A DNA stretch of 64,000 bases from Botryllus schlosseri (GCA_051294905.1 CM119373.1:5768001-5832000), one strand, 5' to 3'. Counted from the first letter of the stretch, positions 11,041 through 25,755 are shown. Notes: generated by a model not told the origin, from the letters alone. Made by a program: numbers and translations.

Positions 11041-13992
11041 CAGGGGTCACCAACTCAAAAGTGAGTATGGGCCAATTTCCGAGTTTGCTTGAATACGCGG
11101 GCCGTAGTATTACGATAGTTTGTACAATCTGTAACAAAGATATGGTGATATTGAACCCTCGTATTGAAAGTAAGACAATCTTCGCCAATTGAAAACTAAT
11201 GTAGCACCATTTCTAGAATAACCTCGGTCATTGGTTCTCGACCGCCGCTCTGCGCACCAGAGTTGGAGTTGGATATTTTAAGTCAATTACAATTACAATT
11301 AAAATTACTTCCTTGCATGTTTCAATTACATTACAAATAGAATTACTCAATGCTAAAAATATCAAATTACAATTAAAGTTACAATTATAATTACAATTAC
11401 TTTTAAACAGGTAATTGATTCAGTAAAGAGGTGTTCTTTGACAACCGTAGCGACGTAATTAGCAACAATCTCAAGCTATTCATGTTTCATTCCTGACATG
11501 TAGAATACCCTTTAATTAAAAAAATTAGAACCTATTCGAACTATTCCTAATCATGAGTACTGAAAACTTCAAGCATAGAAATTTTTTTCGAGCGACTGTT
11601 AAGAACCAAAGTTTTGAGCGACTAACAGCGAATAGGCTACAGGACAGTCAATGAAATGTAATCAAACGATTAGGCTACTCAGAGCTGAGTCAGTATAATG
11701 AAACGCAATTGGTAAGGCGTCAGCGATAAGGATGATGCTGATAAGGTTCGTAAAATTAAAATAAATGCAAAAGGAACGAACCCCTGATAATTAAGAATTA
11801 CAATATTTAGGTTCACATTTACATTTTCACTTGCTTGGAAACTGTTAGATTACATTTGATGAACATTATGGTGCGAAAAGTTTCTGGCCTCAGTAAATTT
11901 GACCAAGATTGGAGGTAAGATTGCGCTAACATCTCATCTCTACAAATGCATGATCAAGTTTGATGAAGCCTTGGTTGGAAACTTGAATTTTTTTTGCTAT
12001 TGTTGCAACAACCCTCGGTACTGGTCAGAGATTTAAAAAAAACTTTGACCGTGATGCAGGAAATGGTTCAGCACAGGTTTCAGAAGAGTTTATTTGCTGT
12101 TCATCCATTTTTGAAATATTAATATTTAGTTTAGCCCACTGGTTCCCTAACTTTTTTAGACACGCCCCCCTTTATGACAGTGAATATTTCGTGCCCGCCT
12201 TATCGTCATAGCACACAATGAAACCAGAAAGTTAGCAATTCTTACAATGTATGGAAGGTTATGACTGTTGATGAGAGAATTCTCCAATACGAAATTCAGA
12301 CTATATACACCGAGCAACAAGCATAAAACGGAGGTAAATCGGGCCAGGCGCGGAAATGATTTCAGTTCACTGGAGCGTCACGCCCCGTTCATATGCTTTC
12401 ACGCCATTCAAAGGGGCACGCCCCCAGTTTGAGAACCACTGGCTTAGCCTATATTGTAATTCACAAAATTTTCTGTTGCTACTGAAGTATGGGAAACAGT
12501 TTTGCGTGACTGAATTATCTAGTTATAACGCAGCACGCATAGAACACCAATATATGTAGGCTAATTATGACATGTGGTGACTGTTTACTAAGGCCTTAAG
12601 GCTCATCATCTTAATCCTGGTTCGTACCGGATTTACACTGGTGCGACGAATAAATGATTGATTTAAATGAATATTTTATGTTGTGATTGTCAGGTTTCCA
12701 TGAAAATGTAATTGAGATTGTTATTGAGCAAAATTTTGATCAAATTACAATTACAATTACACAAAATAGAAATGCTTCAATTACAATTACAATAACAATT
12801 AGATGAAAAAATTTAATTCATTACATTCAGCTCTATTACAAATTACAATTGATCGAGCTATGGTGCGCACCGGTGCCGGTCAATGGCAAGTTGCCTGTTG
12901 GTCGGCCAAATACATTAGACTTTTATATGTCAGTTCCAAAATACACGGAGTTGGACTCTGGTTCATTACTTGGAGAAAAAACAACGATTTTTGAATTCCT
13001 TTAGAAGTGCGGAGGGGAATGTTTGTATGGTGTCGCAATAGAGATTTCGTAATCTACTTTGACCGTGCGTCACAATGGGGCAAGCATTCTAAGAAACCAT
13101 TCAAAAGTAGACATCCACTCGTTTCGGTCATGTAGTATGTGGAAACCAGTGGCATACCAGCCACTTAGCGGTCATGGTTCGGCGCCAGGGGCGGAAGGCT
13201 GCAAGGGGGCGGCAAAATATGATGTGATGATCTTTTTTAGTCAACACAACAACATTTCCAGTGAATATAATTGAAAAGACTGAAATCATTTCAGAATTTG
13301 GGCGGCATGTTTAACGAAAGCCAGGGGCGGCAGAATATGCACCTGCGCCACTGGAGAAAACTACGGAGCACATAAGGTAAACATAAGCACTGATCTGACT
13401 GATTTGCCTGTTTTCCAATTGATTTATATTACCTTCATAGTATTGGCAAAGCAATTAAAAAAAGTGGCGTGCGGGAAAATCAATAAAACACGGGATTAGA
13501 ATAAAGACTTTAGAAATAGTCCAACAATATGTCAGCATTTGAACTGTATATTATGAGTCAGTGTATATGCCGCAAAAAACAACTAGGACAGTGGTTCCCG
13601 ACCTTTTTCGACTCATCGCCCCCTTTTCAAGCTCAACACCGATCATCTCCCACCAAATTTAAAAATGGGTATACAAACTGTAATCACCGGCGGGTTGACT
13701 AAAAAAAGGTCCGACTAGACTCCAATATAGCCGTTTTAACGCTTCATCGCCTCCCTATCGCCCCTTCGCTCTTTTCACCCCCTGTCGCCTCCTTTGTCCA
13801 TTTTTGCACCTATCGCCCCTTCGTCATTTTCGCCCTCCTAGATCGCCGAATCGCCCCCTGGGGGGCGATATCACCCACGTTGGGAACCACTGATCTAGGA
13901 CAAAACTAAACTACGTGTTTTCCTTTCCTGAACTATGTTGCGAATTCTTGTGGCGCGCCGCACTAAAAAATTCGTCAAGATGATGACCCCTG
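11041..13992. mobile_element. Intronic MITE nest
   Basis: Outer ends CAGGGGTCACCAAC ... GATGACCCCTG. Contains a CAATTA-repeat MITE ~11258-12862 (TSD CTGCGCAC/GTGCGCAC), a MITE at 12137-12441 (TSD GTTTAGCC/GCTTAGCC) and a MITE at 13589-13892 (TSD AACTAGGA/ATCTAGGA). Confidence 0.75.
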
Positions 13993-14037
13993 CGTTTATA
14001 GAGATGCATAGGCTATATAGTCCATATATATACTTAC

Positions 14038-14072
14038 TATTATGTCGCATTCTTCGAATACATCGCCTTTTC
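14038..14072 (-). CDS. Probable second coding exon of pentraxin-domain gene
   Basis: ctacag|GAAAAGGC...ATAATA|gtaagt, phase 1-0, encodes GKGDVFEECDII in frame after the signal-peptide exon. Confidence 0.6.
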
Positions 14073-15266
14073 CTGTAGTATATGATAAGAATCGAATGTG
14101 ATTGGCATGAAATATTTGTATAAGTTTAATCGAAACACAAACATCAGTCAGCTGATGTAACAAAACTGAACGAAATGGTTTTTCGGGTAAGGCACTATAC
14201 AAAACTGGGACATATCTCACACGAATTCATCGCCAGACAAGAAATGGACAGACCCCCTATCACCCCGAAGCATTACAAGATAGTACACGTATTGGACTGT
14301 CTAAAACAGTGGTCCTCAAAGTGGGAGCGTGCTTTTTTCATTCACTGACTACCTACATTTAGTGTGTTTCTCTGTCGATTTTGTGTGATTGCGGGCAAAG
14401 CTCACAGCAGAGAGTCACTAAATATTTCGAGCTAACTTTTCTATCAAAGCAAATAGTTTTTGAAATTATGGCAAGATGCAAGTTCGCTTAGTACTGAATT
14501 TCTTTTCATGTTGTTAGCGCCATGTGGAGAGTGATGCGAAGTTGAAACGCGAATAATTTCAACAAAGATGTCTTATTGACGTGAAAAATGTAATATATAT
14601 GAACAAAATTCACATTGCAGAACCTACGAGGTTCATTTACGAAGGCGAAGCCCAAAATTTCCGAGTTCTACCCACCGAACGCGAGCGTGAACCTCAAGTT
14701 CACACCATCTCTACTAACTGTTACAATAAATAGTGAATTTCATGTACGATCGGTGCATGTTTATATGATATGCCTACGTATTTTGGAATCATGGGACTGA
14801 AATCGACCTGAAAAGAATGTGCCTCCGCGAGGATAGCGTTCGAAGAAACGGATGATGTCCTCAATGACTATTCGTGTGCTGGAAATCTTCGATAGTAATT
14901 CACATCATAGGCCTAAACCCAAAAATTACGCGACATTTTTATTGTAAACGTTCATCAATTACCTGCCACCCGCTCAAATTTGGCAGGGTTAAAGATTTGA
15001 TAAGCCTTCATCACGAGAATGACTATGCGGAAGAAACTACTCCGCGACATAGATTAATACGAAAATATACCATTGTTAAATGACTAGAGCGCATAACCAA
15101 AGTCTGTTTGAAACTATATTGCAATCGCGATTATAAAATCAATGAAAACTTACTATGACCGGCGTTTTTGTCTGCTTTGCATTACGCATCGCGTCACAGT
15201 GAAAGTATTGCCCCAGTTGCTATCTCACAAATATTGCAATACGAAACATGAAAATTGCTTGCTTAC

Positions 15267-15324
15267 CTCTAGCTAAGATAAAAAACGCGGTGAATGTATA
15301 AATTATCGAAGTTGTTGTCGTCAT
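15267..15324 (-). CDS. First coding exon: signal peptide
   Basis: ATG at 15324, encodes MTTTTSIIYTFTAFFILAR(G), donor AG|gtaagc (phase 1). An upstream acceptor at 15338 implies a further 5' UTR exon. Linkage to the PTX exons is inferred. Confidence 0.65.
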
Positions 15325-15914
15325 CTCAAACTGTCTCCTGTAAATTATAGTAATACCATCAACTTTAAATCGCAAACTACTAATTTAATGATGCATGTAT
15401 CAACCGAATAATGTATGAAACGACTGCAAAGCATCCTCTCAAAGTCACAGCCTTAATGGACTGCCACAACGTCAGATCGCAACGGTACTGGTATGGATCG
15501 CACCATAACGTGAGTCATGTCAGCACTGCGCTTTTACCTGGGTGTCACCTACAGTTCTGATATTCGTCAACGAGATACCCATGACCGGATTTTAGATGAC
15601 TGCGTTAGTCGATTGACTGTCACGCGGTGTGCGACAAACATAGGTTTCAATTGTCGTCTGATGTCAGCAAAAGGAATACGTTCACATAATAGCAAACCTA
15701 CATTGACAATGATCCAGCGCATTTCATTGTGCTGATTATATACGTCCGATGTGTCAAACTCGTGGCCCGTGAAGCTATTTTAGGCAGCCCGCAAAAGTGA
15801 TTCAAAATTGAAATAATCGAAAACGCGCGTGACTAAAAACTACATTTTCCACACTAGATCCTATATACGCCTCGAAATATCAAGTCTTGAAATCGGAAAG
15901 GTACAGTATGAGAA

Positions 15915-16135
15915 CATAGGTTCCGGGTTCGAGTCGAACTGAGATCGACTCCACATTCCCTCCCAAATGTTGGAGGTTTATCTATATTGGCTCCTCATTC
16001 CCATCTGATTCGCGTAAGCGGGGTCTTAAAAAGCGTATAGACGTGAGTGCCACAACAAGTCGGTAGGTACAGAATCATAATAAGGGTTATCAGCCTGGTG
16101 TGAGTGACCATTGTAGCAGACAAACACAATGAATA
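15915..16135 (+). mobile_element. Degenerate tRNA-derived SINE (family of 34482-34749)
   Basis: Shares GGGTTCGAGTC, GGTTTA..GGCTCCTC and GCCTGGTGT..TGACCATTGTAG with the intact copy. Another partial copy lies at ~100-245 on the minus strand. Confidence 0.65.
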
Positions 16136-18074
16136 ACACATTGAACAGCGCACCAGCAATGTCAGTCAAGCATGTAAGAAGAGGAATGAACTTTCAAAAC
16201 CACATTATTGGGAAAGATTACAACTGGCAAATGAATAGGTACTGCGATTTTCGCCCCAATTTACGCATACCCCGCAATGCTGCGGTATTTACCGGCCCTA
16301 AATGTTACCACTGTCACAGATTTCACTAGCATACACTTACACCGTCAAATATACTACCTAAGTGGTATTATATATATTCTATAAATTGCATCAGTGATCA
16401 CCATTTCATTTTATGGTGTAAATAAATCCATGTTAGTGACCCACTCGCCGAAGTTCAGCTTGAATCCCAAACCATGGTTTCTCATCATCGAAACGGTACA
16501 TGAAATCATTCGTGAATGATTATTGATTGCATATCGTATCGCAACCATGATGTCTACAGACGTGCGTCTCTAGGCGCACCGTGTGTTGTTTTGATTAGCT
16601 TCCAATCATAATAGACCAGGACTAGAGCTGACACAAATAACGGAAATTACAGTGATACATGAGTGCAACAGCAGCGTTCGCTATATATACGCGGAAGTAT
16701 AGATAACGCGAGTATAAAGTGCTATCGAAATCACCACGCACCGCCTATACTTTCCGAAATGTTTTCAAAAAGAAGTTGAAACACCTCGCTGTAGTTCCAA
16801 GTTCCAACATAGCCAAACGGCGCACCAAAATGTTTAAAGTCTTCTGTCGTGTAGGGTTGAATTTAACGGTCAACTTTATCGAACAAAACAACTTTGGCTT
16901 ATTCGACATTGTTTTTCTGTGCTGACTTGACAATAGACAATTTCTGAGATCTAGCAGTTCTAAATGTCAGCTACTGAAAAACGGCGATGAAATCATCAAT
17001 CTGGACAAGCGATGTATAACGCAGTATCGTTTGTCAAAATTTTAGCCAGCAGCAGGTTGCTCGCTGTACATATTCGTTGTAATATAGGGGTTTCTATTCA
17101 TTTGTCATGTTTGAATTGCCTATTCAGTCTCTCTTTTATGTTACTAGGTTCATATAATTTGCGATGACAAGCGTAGAAGGAGTAATAAATTATGGAAATT
17201 TTATCGCAGTGGACAGCGATGTGTTGCATACTGCTGCTCTTACACTTGATGCTGACCCATTAAAGGCCATTAATTCTGCCATCGTCAAACATCTGTAAGA
17301 TAATCCGATTTGTGCGAATAATTATCGAGACTACAGATTTCGCGTCGTTAGGAGGGGCCGTTCACACTTACATTTGTGTACATTGGAGTCCACTTTTATC
17401 AAAATACACCAACCAAAACTCTGTCAACAAAAGGAGTTCGGGAACCACCTAAAAATAGTACACTGAACGCTCTCTCATTCGAAATTTAATGCTGGTGACG
17501 TCATATTTTGTGATTAATATTATTATTATTATGTATAAAAACATTTAGTGGTGCTTTTCGCATCGAAGGCTTTTTGCGCCACGGCGATTTAGGTATTTTG
17601 ATCAAAATGATAGCATGAAATGTCATGAAAATACAAGATGAATACATAGCTAAATGTGACGCTTTGACTCTCGCACGAAGTCCAGTAGATCGGCAATAAT
17701 GTTGCTGTCCGTTCAAAGGTTATAGAGCTGGAACGGTACGTTCTTTGTCTGCGCGATACGTTGTAGTTTTTTTCTTATCTCAGTCAGATGTGAGCAGGTC
17801 ATAATATAGTGTTCGGCCGTTTCTAATTCACCGCAATGCTCGCACAATGGAGATTCCGAGCAGCCAATGTGGTGGAGATGTGCATTGAGTCCGCAGTGAC
17901 CGGTGCGTAGTCGAAACAACGTAGCTTCGCTGCGTCTTGGTGGGACTGATGGTAATTTCACCTCAAGATTTGGTCGGAAGATATTGTAATGGCTTCCTGT
18001 TTCTGAATCGAGATATTCCCGGTTCCAAATAGCTTTGCATTTATGTAAAGCGATTTTCTTTGCATCGTCTATAG

Positions 18075-20086
18075 CAGTGGTCGGGAACCTTTTTTGTCCG
18101 AAGAGCCATATTGGCCCTATTTTTTCCATTTTAACTCCCAAAGAGCCATACATGTGGATCGACTGTTGCGTCACAATTGAAAATTCGTGACGTCATGGTA
18201 GCACTAATTTCAACTAACTACATGGGATCCGTCGGGTGCGCCACATTTTCTCTGTTAAAACCCGTTCTAATCATACTGGTTACCTTATTTAAGCATGCAA
18301 AACATGAGTTACTAGAACGTAGATTCGTCGTGATTGTCCTTTTAAATGCGAGAACCCATGATCACATGCGTAGGTGGAGCCAAACATGGCCACTACTGCA
18401 GTAATATGCCTACCAATCTAAAATTTGTGATACATCAGTGACGTCGGGTCAGGGGAGGCAAGTGATGCAGTACCTCACCTGTCGTCAGGATAAGTGAACG
18501 AAAATTTTGAAACCTTCAATTACTTTTGGTATCTTCTATCTATGTTCATGAATGACACGATTTTAAACATTTTTCTCCCGAAATCACACAATTTACATAT
18601 TTATTGTTCGTAAATAAAGCGCGAAACGTGAGGTAGACACAGACGCAGACCATTGATAACACAATTCATCGTAAATAGCTTACATGATTTAATATAACTG
18701 ATATTAATCTAGTCTATTTATCCCCGTGATTCCGAAGATCTAAATACTGATCGAATTCTCAATCCTCAAAGTGTTCGGCAGTTACATATAACGTTGCGCC
18801 GCACGCCTACGTCTTATTGCCGGTAGTACAGAGCTACTTAGGCCTACCAATCAAAAACATGGATAGCTACTACATTTTTTGTAATTTGAGTATTGTAATT
18901 GTGAACGTAACGTCCACGACATTTCATTTCGCGCCGTAGATCAGTAAGATAATATGTATTTGAAAACTGCGTTGTCATATGGGCGTCGCCATGTCTGCTA
19001 ATCTCTTTGATCAATCAACGTATTGTGCAATCCAAGCTTTCGAGTCGGCTACATCGAATTCGCGAGTGATATTGGTCGCCGGCGCGACAGTAACTTAAAT
19101 TTGATGATTTTGAAAAGAGGGGGCTCCTGCCCCCAAACCTGAAGACGGCGTTGTATTTACCTCTCAAAGCCATGTGTATATTGCCACGAGAATACTTATT
19201 CTGGCCGTGATGAAAATTTTCTAGCAAGTTGCTGCAATATTGATCAATTCAGTACAACAATATATATTTGGCAAAGAAGCATATTTATACTCAAAAGAGC
19301 TATATATGGCTCGTAGTGCCTCACCTGTCTACTAGATTTTGAACATTTTTACTACCAAAATCACGTAACTTATTGCCTATTTATTGTCAGACAATAAAGT
19401 TCGAAACAGAGGACAATGCATTGTGATAGGGCAATTCATCGTAAATATCACTGAATGTATAATGACTGATATTATTCGGATGTAATTGTCGCACTGATTC
19501 CGATTCGGCTTCTTAATTCTCACGTGTTCGGTAGTAACATTTGCGCAACACGCCTACATTTTAACAGCGTCTACATTCTACAAAGCTACGTTATCAATCA
19601 AAAACGTGGATAGCTATGGCGTTGTTGGTAATTTAAATTTGTAATTGTGAATGTCACTTCCATCGCAGTTTATTTCTCGCCGCAGATCAGAAAGACAATG
19701 CATATTTGAAAACTGCATTGTGATACAGGTGCCGCCATGTCTCCTCGTCTCTTTGATCAATGAATGCATCATGCAATTCAAGATTTCGTACCGGGTACAT
19801 CGAATTTATTGCGAGTGATATTGGTCGCCGACGCGACAGCAACTTCAATTTGAGGATTTTGAAAAGGGGGTCCGAACTCTTAACCTTGAATAAGTCACTG
19901 TAGTAACCTCTCAAATACATTTTATACTGCCACAAGAATAATTATACTGCTCGTGCTGAAGATTTAATAACTCGTTGCTGCAATATTGAAAAATTGGGCA
20001 CAAAAATAAAAAATTCGCAAACCGAGCCATATCTTATGCCCAAAAGAGCCATATATGGCTCGCGAGCCATAGGTTCCCGACCACTG
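18075..20086. mobile_element. hAT (Charlie-like) MITE within LINE ORF2, with internal ~800-bp diverged tandem duplication
   Basis: TIR CAGTGGTCGGGAACCT, TSD GTCTATAG / GTCTGTAG. Units ~18470-19312 and ~19313-20062. Excision restores HGIP-IDDAKK. Confidence 0.92.
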
Positions 20087-20301
20087 GTCTGTAGGGATGC
20101 CATGAATTGTGATGGCACGGTGTGACGACGTCGCCTCCTTGGCCAGACGATCGGCTACTTCATTGCCGGGAATTCCTGCGTGACCCGGAATCCATATGAG
20201 CGTAATTAATTTTCCTTCACTCGTCCACCTGTTGAGAACATTAACGATTTGATTAACGATAAAATGCCCATCTGTTCGGTAGTTAGCTATACAGTCTAGT
20301 G

Positions 20302-21554
20302 CAGTGCTCTTCAACCTTTTTCGACGTGGTACACCCTTTTAAAGTTTGCTCAAAACTCGTACACCCCTGTTCATTAGGGGTCTTCAAAAATGACTTTTTT
20401 CTCAAATCGTACTGGCTACTTGACAAAATTGTTAGGTTACCTAACTTAAGCCTACACACCAAATTTGGTCCAATTCCAACCAGTTGCCGCATTGCTACGG
20501 GAGAAGAAAGTTTCTGTTTATTATATAAAATAAATAACGAAAAATTTGAAATTTTTCTGTTCACCCATGAAAGTATTAGGTTGTCTATAAAAACGATGTT
20601 CTTCAAATTTGGTTCAATTCCAACCAGTAGAAGCGGAGTTATTGCCGTCAAAAAATTTGGATTTGAATAAAATAGTATTTGGTCACAGAGTCTATTCGCA
20701 GCCAGTTAAGCCGCCCGCCACGCAAATTGGAATTTATTTCGTGTCAGCCCAAAAACAGCATGACATTACGAACGATAATCAACCTAAATGTAACAGTATT
20801 CGGGAAAGAGAGTAGGTAAAGTTACTGCTGCAGAAGCGGTAATTCAGATCAGCGATGATAGCAGGCGCACCAGCCTACTGCGTATCAGGCCTACCCCACA
20901 CCACACACAGTCGATAGTAGCACTTGGGCTGCAAGAGATGTCAGTAACCTCAGATCGTATGCCGCTATACACAGTCTATTGTCGCTAATTTGCATCACTA
21001 ATAACAAAATACTAAATTGCAAATGTATGGCAAAATATTGTTCATAAAATCGGCATTTTAAAACAAAAGGGTTTCGATTTCAACATGGAAGCTGTTTCGA
21101 CCCTGGCTGGCTACGTCACTTCATTTATGTGCATTGCGGTATTTATTAACGTCGGGTAGGAAGTACCGATTCAAGAAGTCTGAGCTATCGCGGCGGTTCC
21201 TTCAAAAATCACTAAAAGACAAATGACTAGCTGAACACATGTTTGTTAACTGCATACTTTCCAACACCAAACGGAACCATTGGTCTATTGCCGACGGCTA
21301 AATGAATAGGAGAAATATTTGATTATGACATCACAATCAAGCGGTGTACAGTTCTTGAGATAACATCGTACCATATTGCTCATTAACCTGTGTGTCAACC
21401 TGTACTGGCCCATAAACCTGCCTTTGTGATAGCTAGCCATCGGCTCATTGTAATTCGGATCTGGTACACCCCTGTACACCCCATCCGAGTGATACACCCT
21501 TTGCAAATTCTGGTACACCCTAGGGTGTACGACAACCCCGGTTGAAGAGCACTG
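20302..21554. mobile_element. hAT MITE within LINE RNase H
   Basis: TIR CAGTGCTCTTCAACC, perfect TSD GTCTAGTG. Excision restores CLSALD-CIANY. Confidence 0.93.
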
Positions 21555-23270
21555 GTCTAGTGCACTAAGGCAATCGCTGAGAACAACAGCTCGGGTAACG
21601 TTATTCGTTTCGATCCAATGAAGAGCGGATAATATTGCATATGATTCTACTGAGAATGACGACAGAGCTCCTTGGCATTTATGGGATATTGTTACATTCC
21701 GATCTTTTACGAATATCGCATAACCAGTGGCATCCGTGATCTTCGATCCGTCTGTGAAAACATGTAAATGGTTAGGGTATGATCCCATTAGTTCAGTATA
21801 GGCTACGTCCACAATGTATCGGAATGAGTGACGATTGATAATTCGTGATATTGACAAATCAACCTGTAAATCTGCGATTGTCCAAGGCGCTGCTCGAACG
21901 AGTTCCTTGCCGCGAATACACTGGTCGTCGAGTGGGTTTGATCTTGTTAAGAAGTTGAACGTACAATATCTGTTTCGCAACAGGCAGTATGTGTCTTCCC
22001 ACGTTGTCTGGAGTAATTCAGAGTTTGGGTGGTTCGACTTAGTTAAAGTTTCATATCGGTATTTCAAACAAAGAAACTGGTGTCTTATGTGCATTGGCAT
22101 CTCATTGCACGACGCTTCTATCGAACATATCGGAGTGCTTTTCATCGCACCACAGCACACCCGTAATGCCTTATTAGTGATTACCGTGATTTTCTTGAGG
22201 TACGTCACAGGCGCGAAGAAATACGCCTCCATTCCATAATCGATCACGGATTTTACTAGAGTTCTGTACAAAGTTAGAAGTACATGTTTCGAAGCCCCCC
22301 CCCCATTTCGTTCCAGACATCAGTTTCAGGAAATTTATCCGTTTTTCGCACTTTTGAGCTATGTAGTCAATATGATACTTATAGTTTAGTCTTTTGTCAA
22401 ATATTATTCCAAGGTATTTGTAAGTATCCGTAAAAGTCACCACGTGATCTCCCATACGTAGATTGGGGAGACTTACTTTCCTTTTCCGGGTGAAAAGCAT
22501 TGCGACAGTTTTTTGACTGGCTATTTCAAATCCCTAATTCCTACACCATTGGTGTACTGATTCTAGAGATATCTATATATCTCAGAAGCGATAGCTTCAA
22601 TGTTCAGGTCACTTTGCCATAATGCAATGTCGTCGGCGTATAATCGGCAGTGTGAAGTCACAGTGGCGGGGAGGTCGTTTATCATTACCGCGAAGAGTAG
22701 AGGACTGAGGACGTTTCCCTGGGCGATTCCGTTTTCCGTAATAAACGATTCTGATAGTGTAGTACCGAGCCGTACTTGAAACGACCTGTCAGTGAGAAAC
22801 TGGTTCAACCAATTCAAGATCTTACCTCGGACTCCTAATAGAAATAGTTTGTGAATAACTGCTTGTCGCCAAACCGCGTCGTATGCTTTCTTAATGTCGA
22901 TGAACACTGCAATTGTGGAACGTCCGTTGTGAATTGCTTTGTAGACTTCATCATGCAGAGCGATTACATGATCGAGACACCTCCGACCACGTCGAAATCC
23001 ACATTGAGAGGTATGAAGTAAATCGTTGGTTTCCAAAAACCAAGATAGACGATGAGCGATCATAGATTCCATGACTTCACTGAAATGACTCGCTAGGGAG
23101 ATTGGGCGGTATGAATTTGTAAGGGATGGGTCTTTATTTCCCTTCAATATAGGAACTACTGTGGATTGTTTCCAAGTCCAAGGAACTTGTCCAGAGTTCC
23201 AAGACTGGTTTATAATGTCTAACATGCTTGTCAAGCCAGAGGTTGGCAAGTGCTTGAACATAGTATAGTT

Positions 23271-24428
23271 CAGTGGTTCTTAACCTTGCCCCCAGCGCCC
23301 CCCAAGGGGCGCTGGCGATTTTGAAGGGGGGCGGAAACGCTCAGGGGGCGATATGGGGGGCGCTGGGATCAGGGGGCGGTATGGGGGGCGCTGGAGAAAA
23401 TTGGCTTCGCAGTAGATGATGTGGTGATAGGACATATCCTTAATGAGTATTCAGAGCAAATTAACACCGAAAACTTCGTTACATATAACCTTCAAAATAC
23501 ATATAGGTTTAATTGTCCATGGGCGCCTAAATGACTGACACCGAATTTTCCTGTCTTGGCAATCTGAACCCCAGAAGACGAATTCCATCTGGCAGGAAAA
23601 AATTATATGTCAGTGAAGAATTACCAATCTGAAATCGTGTGCGTCTTTTAGTTTAGTACGATTGGGCGACAGGGATATTCCTGTTGGGCGATATCCCCGT
23701 TGAGCGATTCTATATTTTTTGATATTGCAGACAGGGGTCACGAAATAACATCATGCAACGAAGTCATTCCAACGGGTCCGCCCGCCCGAATATGTTTAAT
23801 TATTAGTAACGGCCCTACAGTTTCCAAGAAATCTCACAATGTTCGCTTCAAGTTTTGATGAGTCTGCGCACACTCAACAACTCACTGCGCTGACCCTTGG
23901 ACAACAGTGCGTAACGACTAAAAAAAGGTAATAACTCCGGATTTGTTGTGCGCAACGTAGATTTTCTGTGCGCAGAGACCGTGTCAGCACTGCGCACGTG
24001 CGCAGCTTAGAGGGAACATTGCACCTCACTCAGCTCTACCGGTAAATGTGTTTACGTGAGCAGAGAGAGAATAAAAATTGATCTCAATTTACATGCAATT
24101 CCCGATGATATTCACCAATTCAATCATTAATTAGTGAAATTTTTCGCACTTCACACGACTAGGCGAGAATAGCTGCCTCAGTAAATGGACACCCAATGTA
24201 GATACCTAATAGGCTATCAGCAAATGGCGGACAGCCTAATGGGGGTCTGGGAGTGAAGTTCCCCGAAGTTTGGTTTATCGTTTTTAGGGGGGTTGACGAA
24301 GTGCTGTTACGGCCCTCCCTCTCACTCATTGTCTTTATTGCATTCCTTACAATATGAAGTTGGGGGGGCGCTGGAGCACGATAATTTTTGAAAGGGGGCG
24401 CTGGAAGAAAAAAGGTTAAGAACCACTG
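23271..24428. mobile_element. hAT MITE within LINE RT N-terminus
   Basis: TIR CAGTGGTTCTTAACCTT, perfect TSD GTATAGTT. Excision restores PGNDMINYTMFKHLP. Confidence 0.93.
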
Positions 24429-25755
24429 GTATAGTTGATCATGTCATTGCCAGGAGAAGAGCTTTTTTTGGATTTGATGGCTTTAGTTAACTCATTTATC
24501 ATGAAGGGACTGTCAAATTGGTGGTTGCTATCGTCATTGATTAAATGTCCAATGGTTAACTGTTGTCTCCTAAGTCTGAGTTACTCTGAAAGTTGAGAGT
24601 TAGTACTAACGCTTTCGAACGCTTGGGCTATTGCATTTGCTTTTTCCTTCTCTGACTTTACAGTACTTGTACCCACCTGTAGATCAGGGATTGCACCAGT
24701 TGTTCGTTTTCCGGATATGGATCGTGCAATATTCCAGACCTGCCGGAGGTTCGCCTTATTGCCGAGTGATTCACAGAACGCTATCCATGATGACTTTTTT
24801 GCTTCCAGTATTGCTCTCCGACAGAGTGAGCGAAGACGTTTGAACTCAATAATATGTTTGATGCCGAAAGTACGTTTCATCTTGAGGAAAGCGGCTTTCT
24901 TCCTTCTGACGGCCCGATCGCATTCTTCATTCCACCAGGGAACTGGGTTCTTTTTATGATTACGTTTCATTGGTATAGATATACTAGCCGCCTGGAATAT
25001 TTTCTGTGTGAAGTTATCACAAGTCTCATTAATGTTCGCCGAGTTATACTGTATCGGGTAGGACATTCCAGCGTTTCGCGTGAATGTCTCCCAATCTGCT
25101 TTGTTCATATTCCATCTAGTTGGACGTTGTACAGAATTAACGATCCGCATCGCGTAGGATATGTGAATAACGGCGTGGTCACTGTCGATCAGGTCGATCG
25201 TAACGCTGACAGTGCACCTGTTCGCGATATCAGTCGAAGCAACCGATAGATCAATCAGTGACCATCTTCGTATTGCGTTTGTTGCGATGTTAATGTGGGT
25301 GGGGTTTGTTACGTTCAAGGCAATTAAAGGGTTATTGTCCATAATTTCATGAAGTATGCGCCCTCGTCTGTTAGTGGAGTCAGATCCCCAGGACCAATGG
25401 TGAGAATTAAAATCTCCGAATATTAGGGATTTACTGGTGAGCTTCTGCAAAAATTCAAATGGGCTATGACTTACTGTGGAATCCGGATGACAGTACACAT
25501 TGCAAACAGTGATTCCGTTTATTTCTACACACAGTGTTTCAACTCCTCGTGGGCTCGCAATTCTAACTTGGCGGAATGTCAAGTTGTTGCATATGATAAT
25601 TGCTAGGCCTCCACTGCGAACAGTGTTGTCGCACCGTACTACATTATATCCATTGAGCCTTGGTTCGTAGTCAGCTATCAAATGTGTCTCCTGTAAAAGC
25701 ATTACGTGTGGTCGCTCTGATAACTGGGATAGGTATCTTTTGAATTCGTGTAGCT

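Noticed and set aside
21285..21554. Novel C-terminal extension of LINE RNase H (also the apparent N-termini of ORFs 17713-18174, 19964-20314 and 24581-25807)
   Set aside because: These are read-through into TSD-bounded MITE insertions. Excision restores the normal LINE frame.
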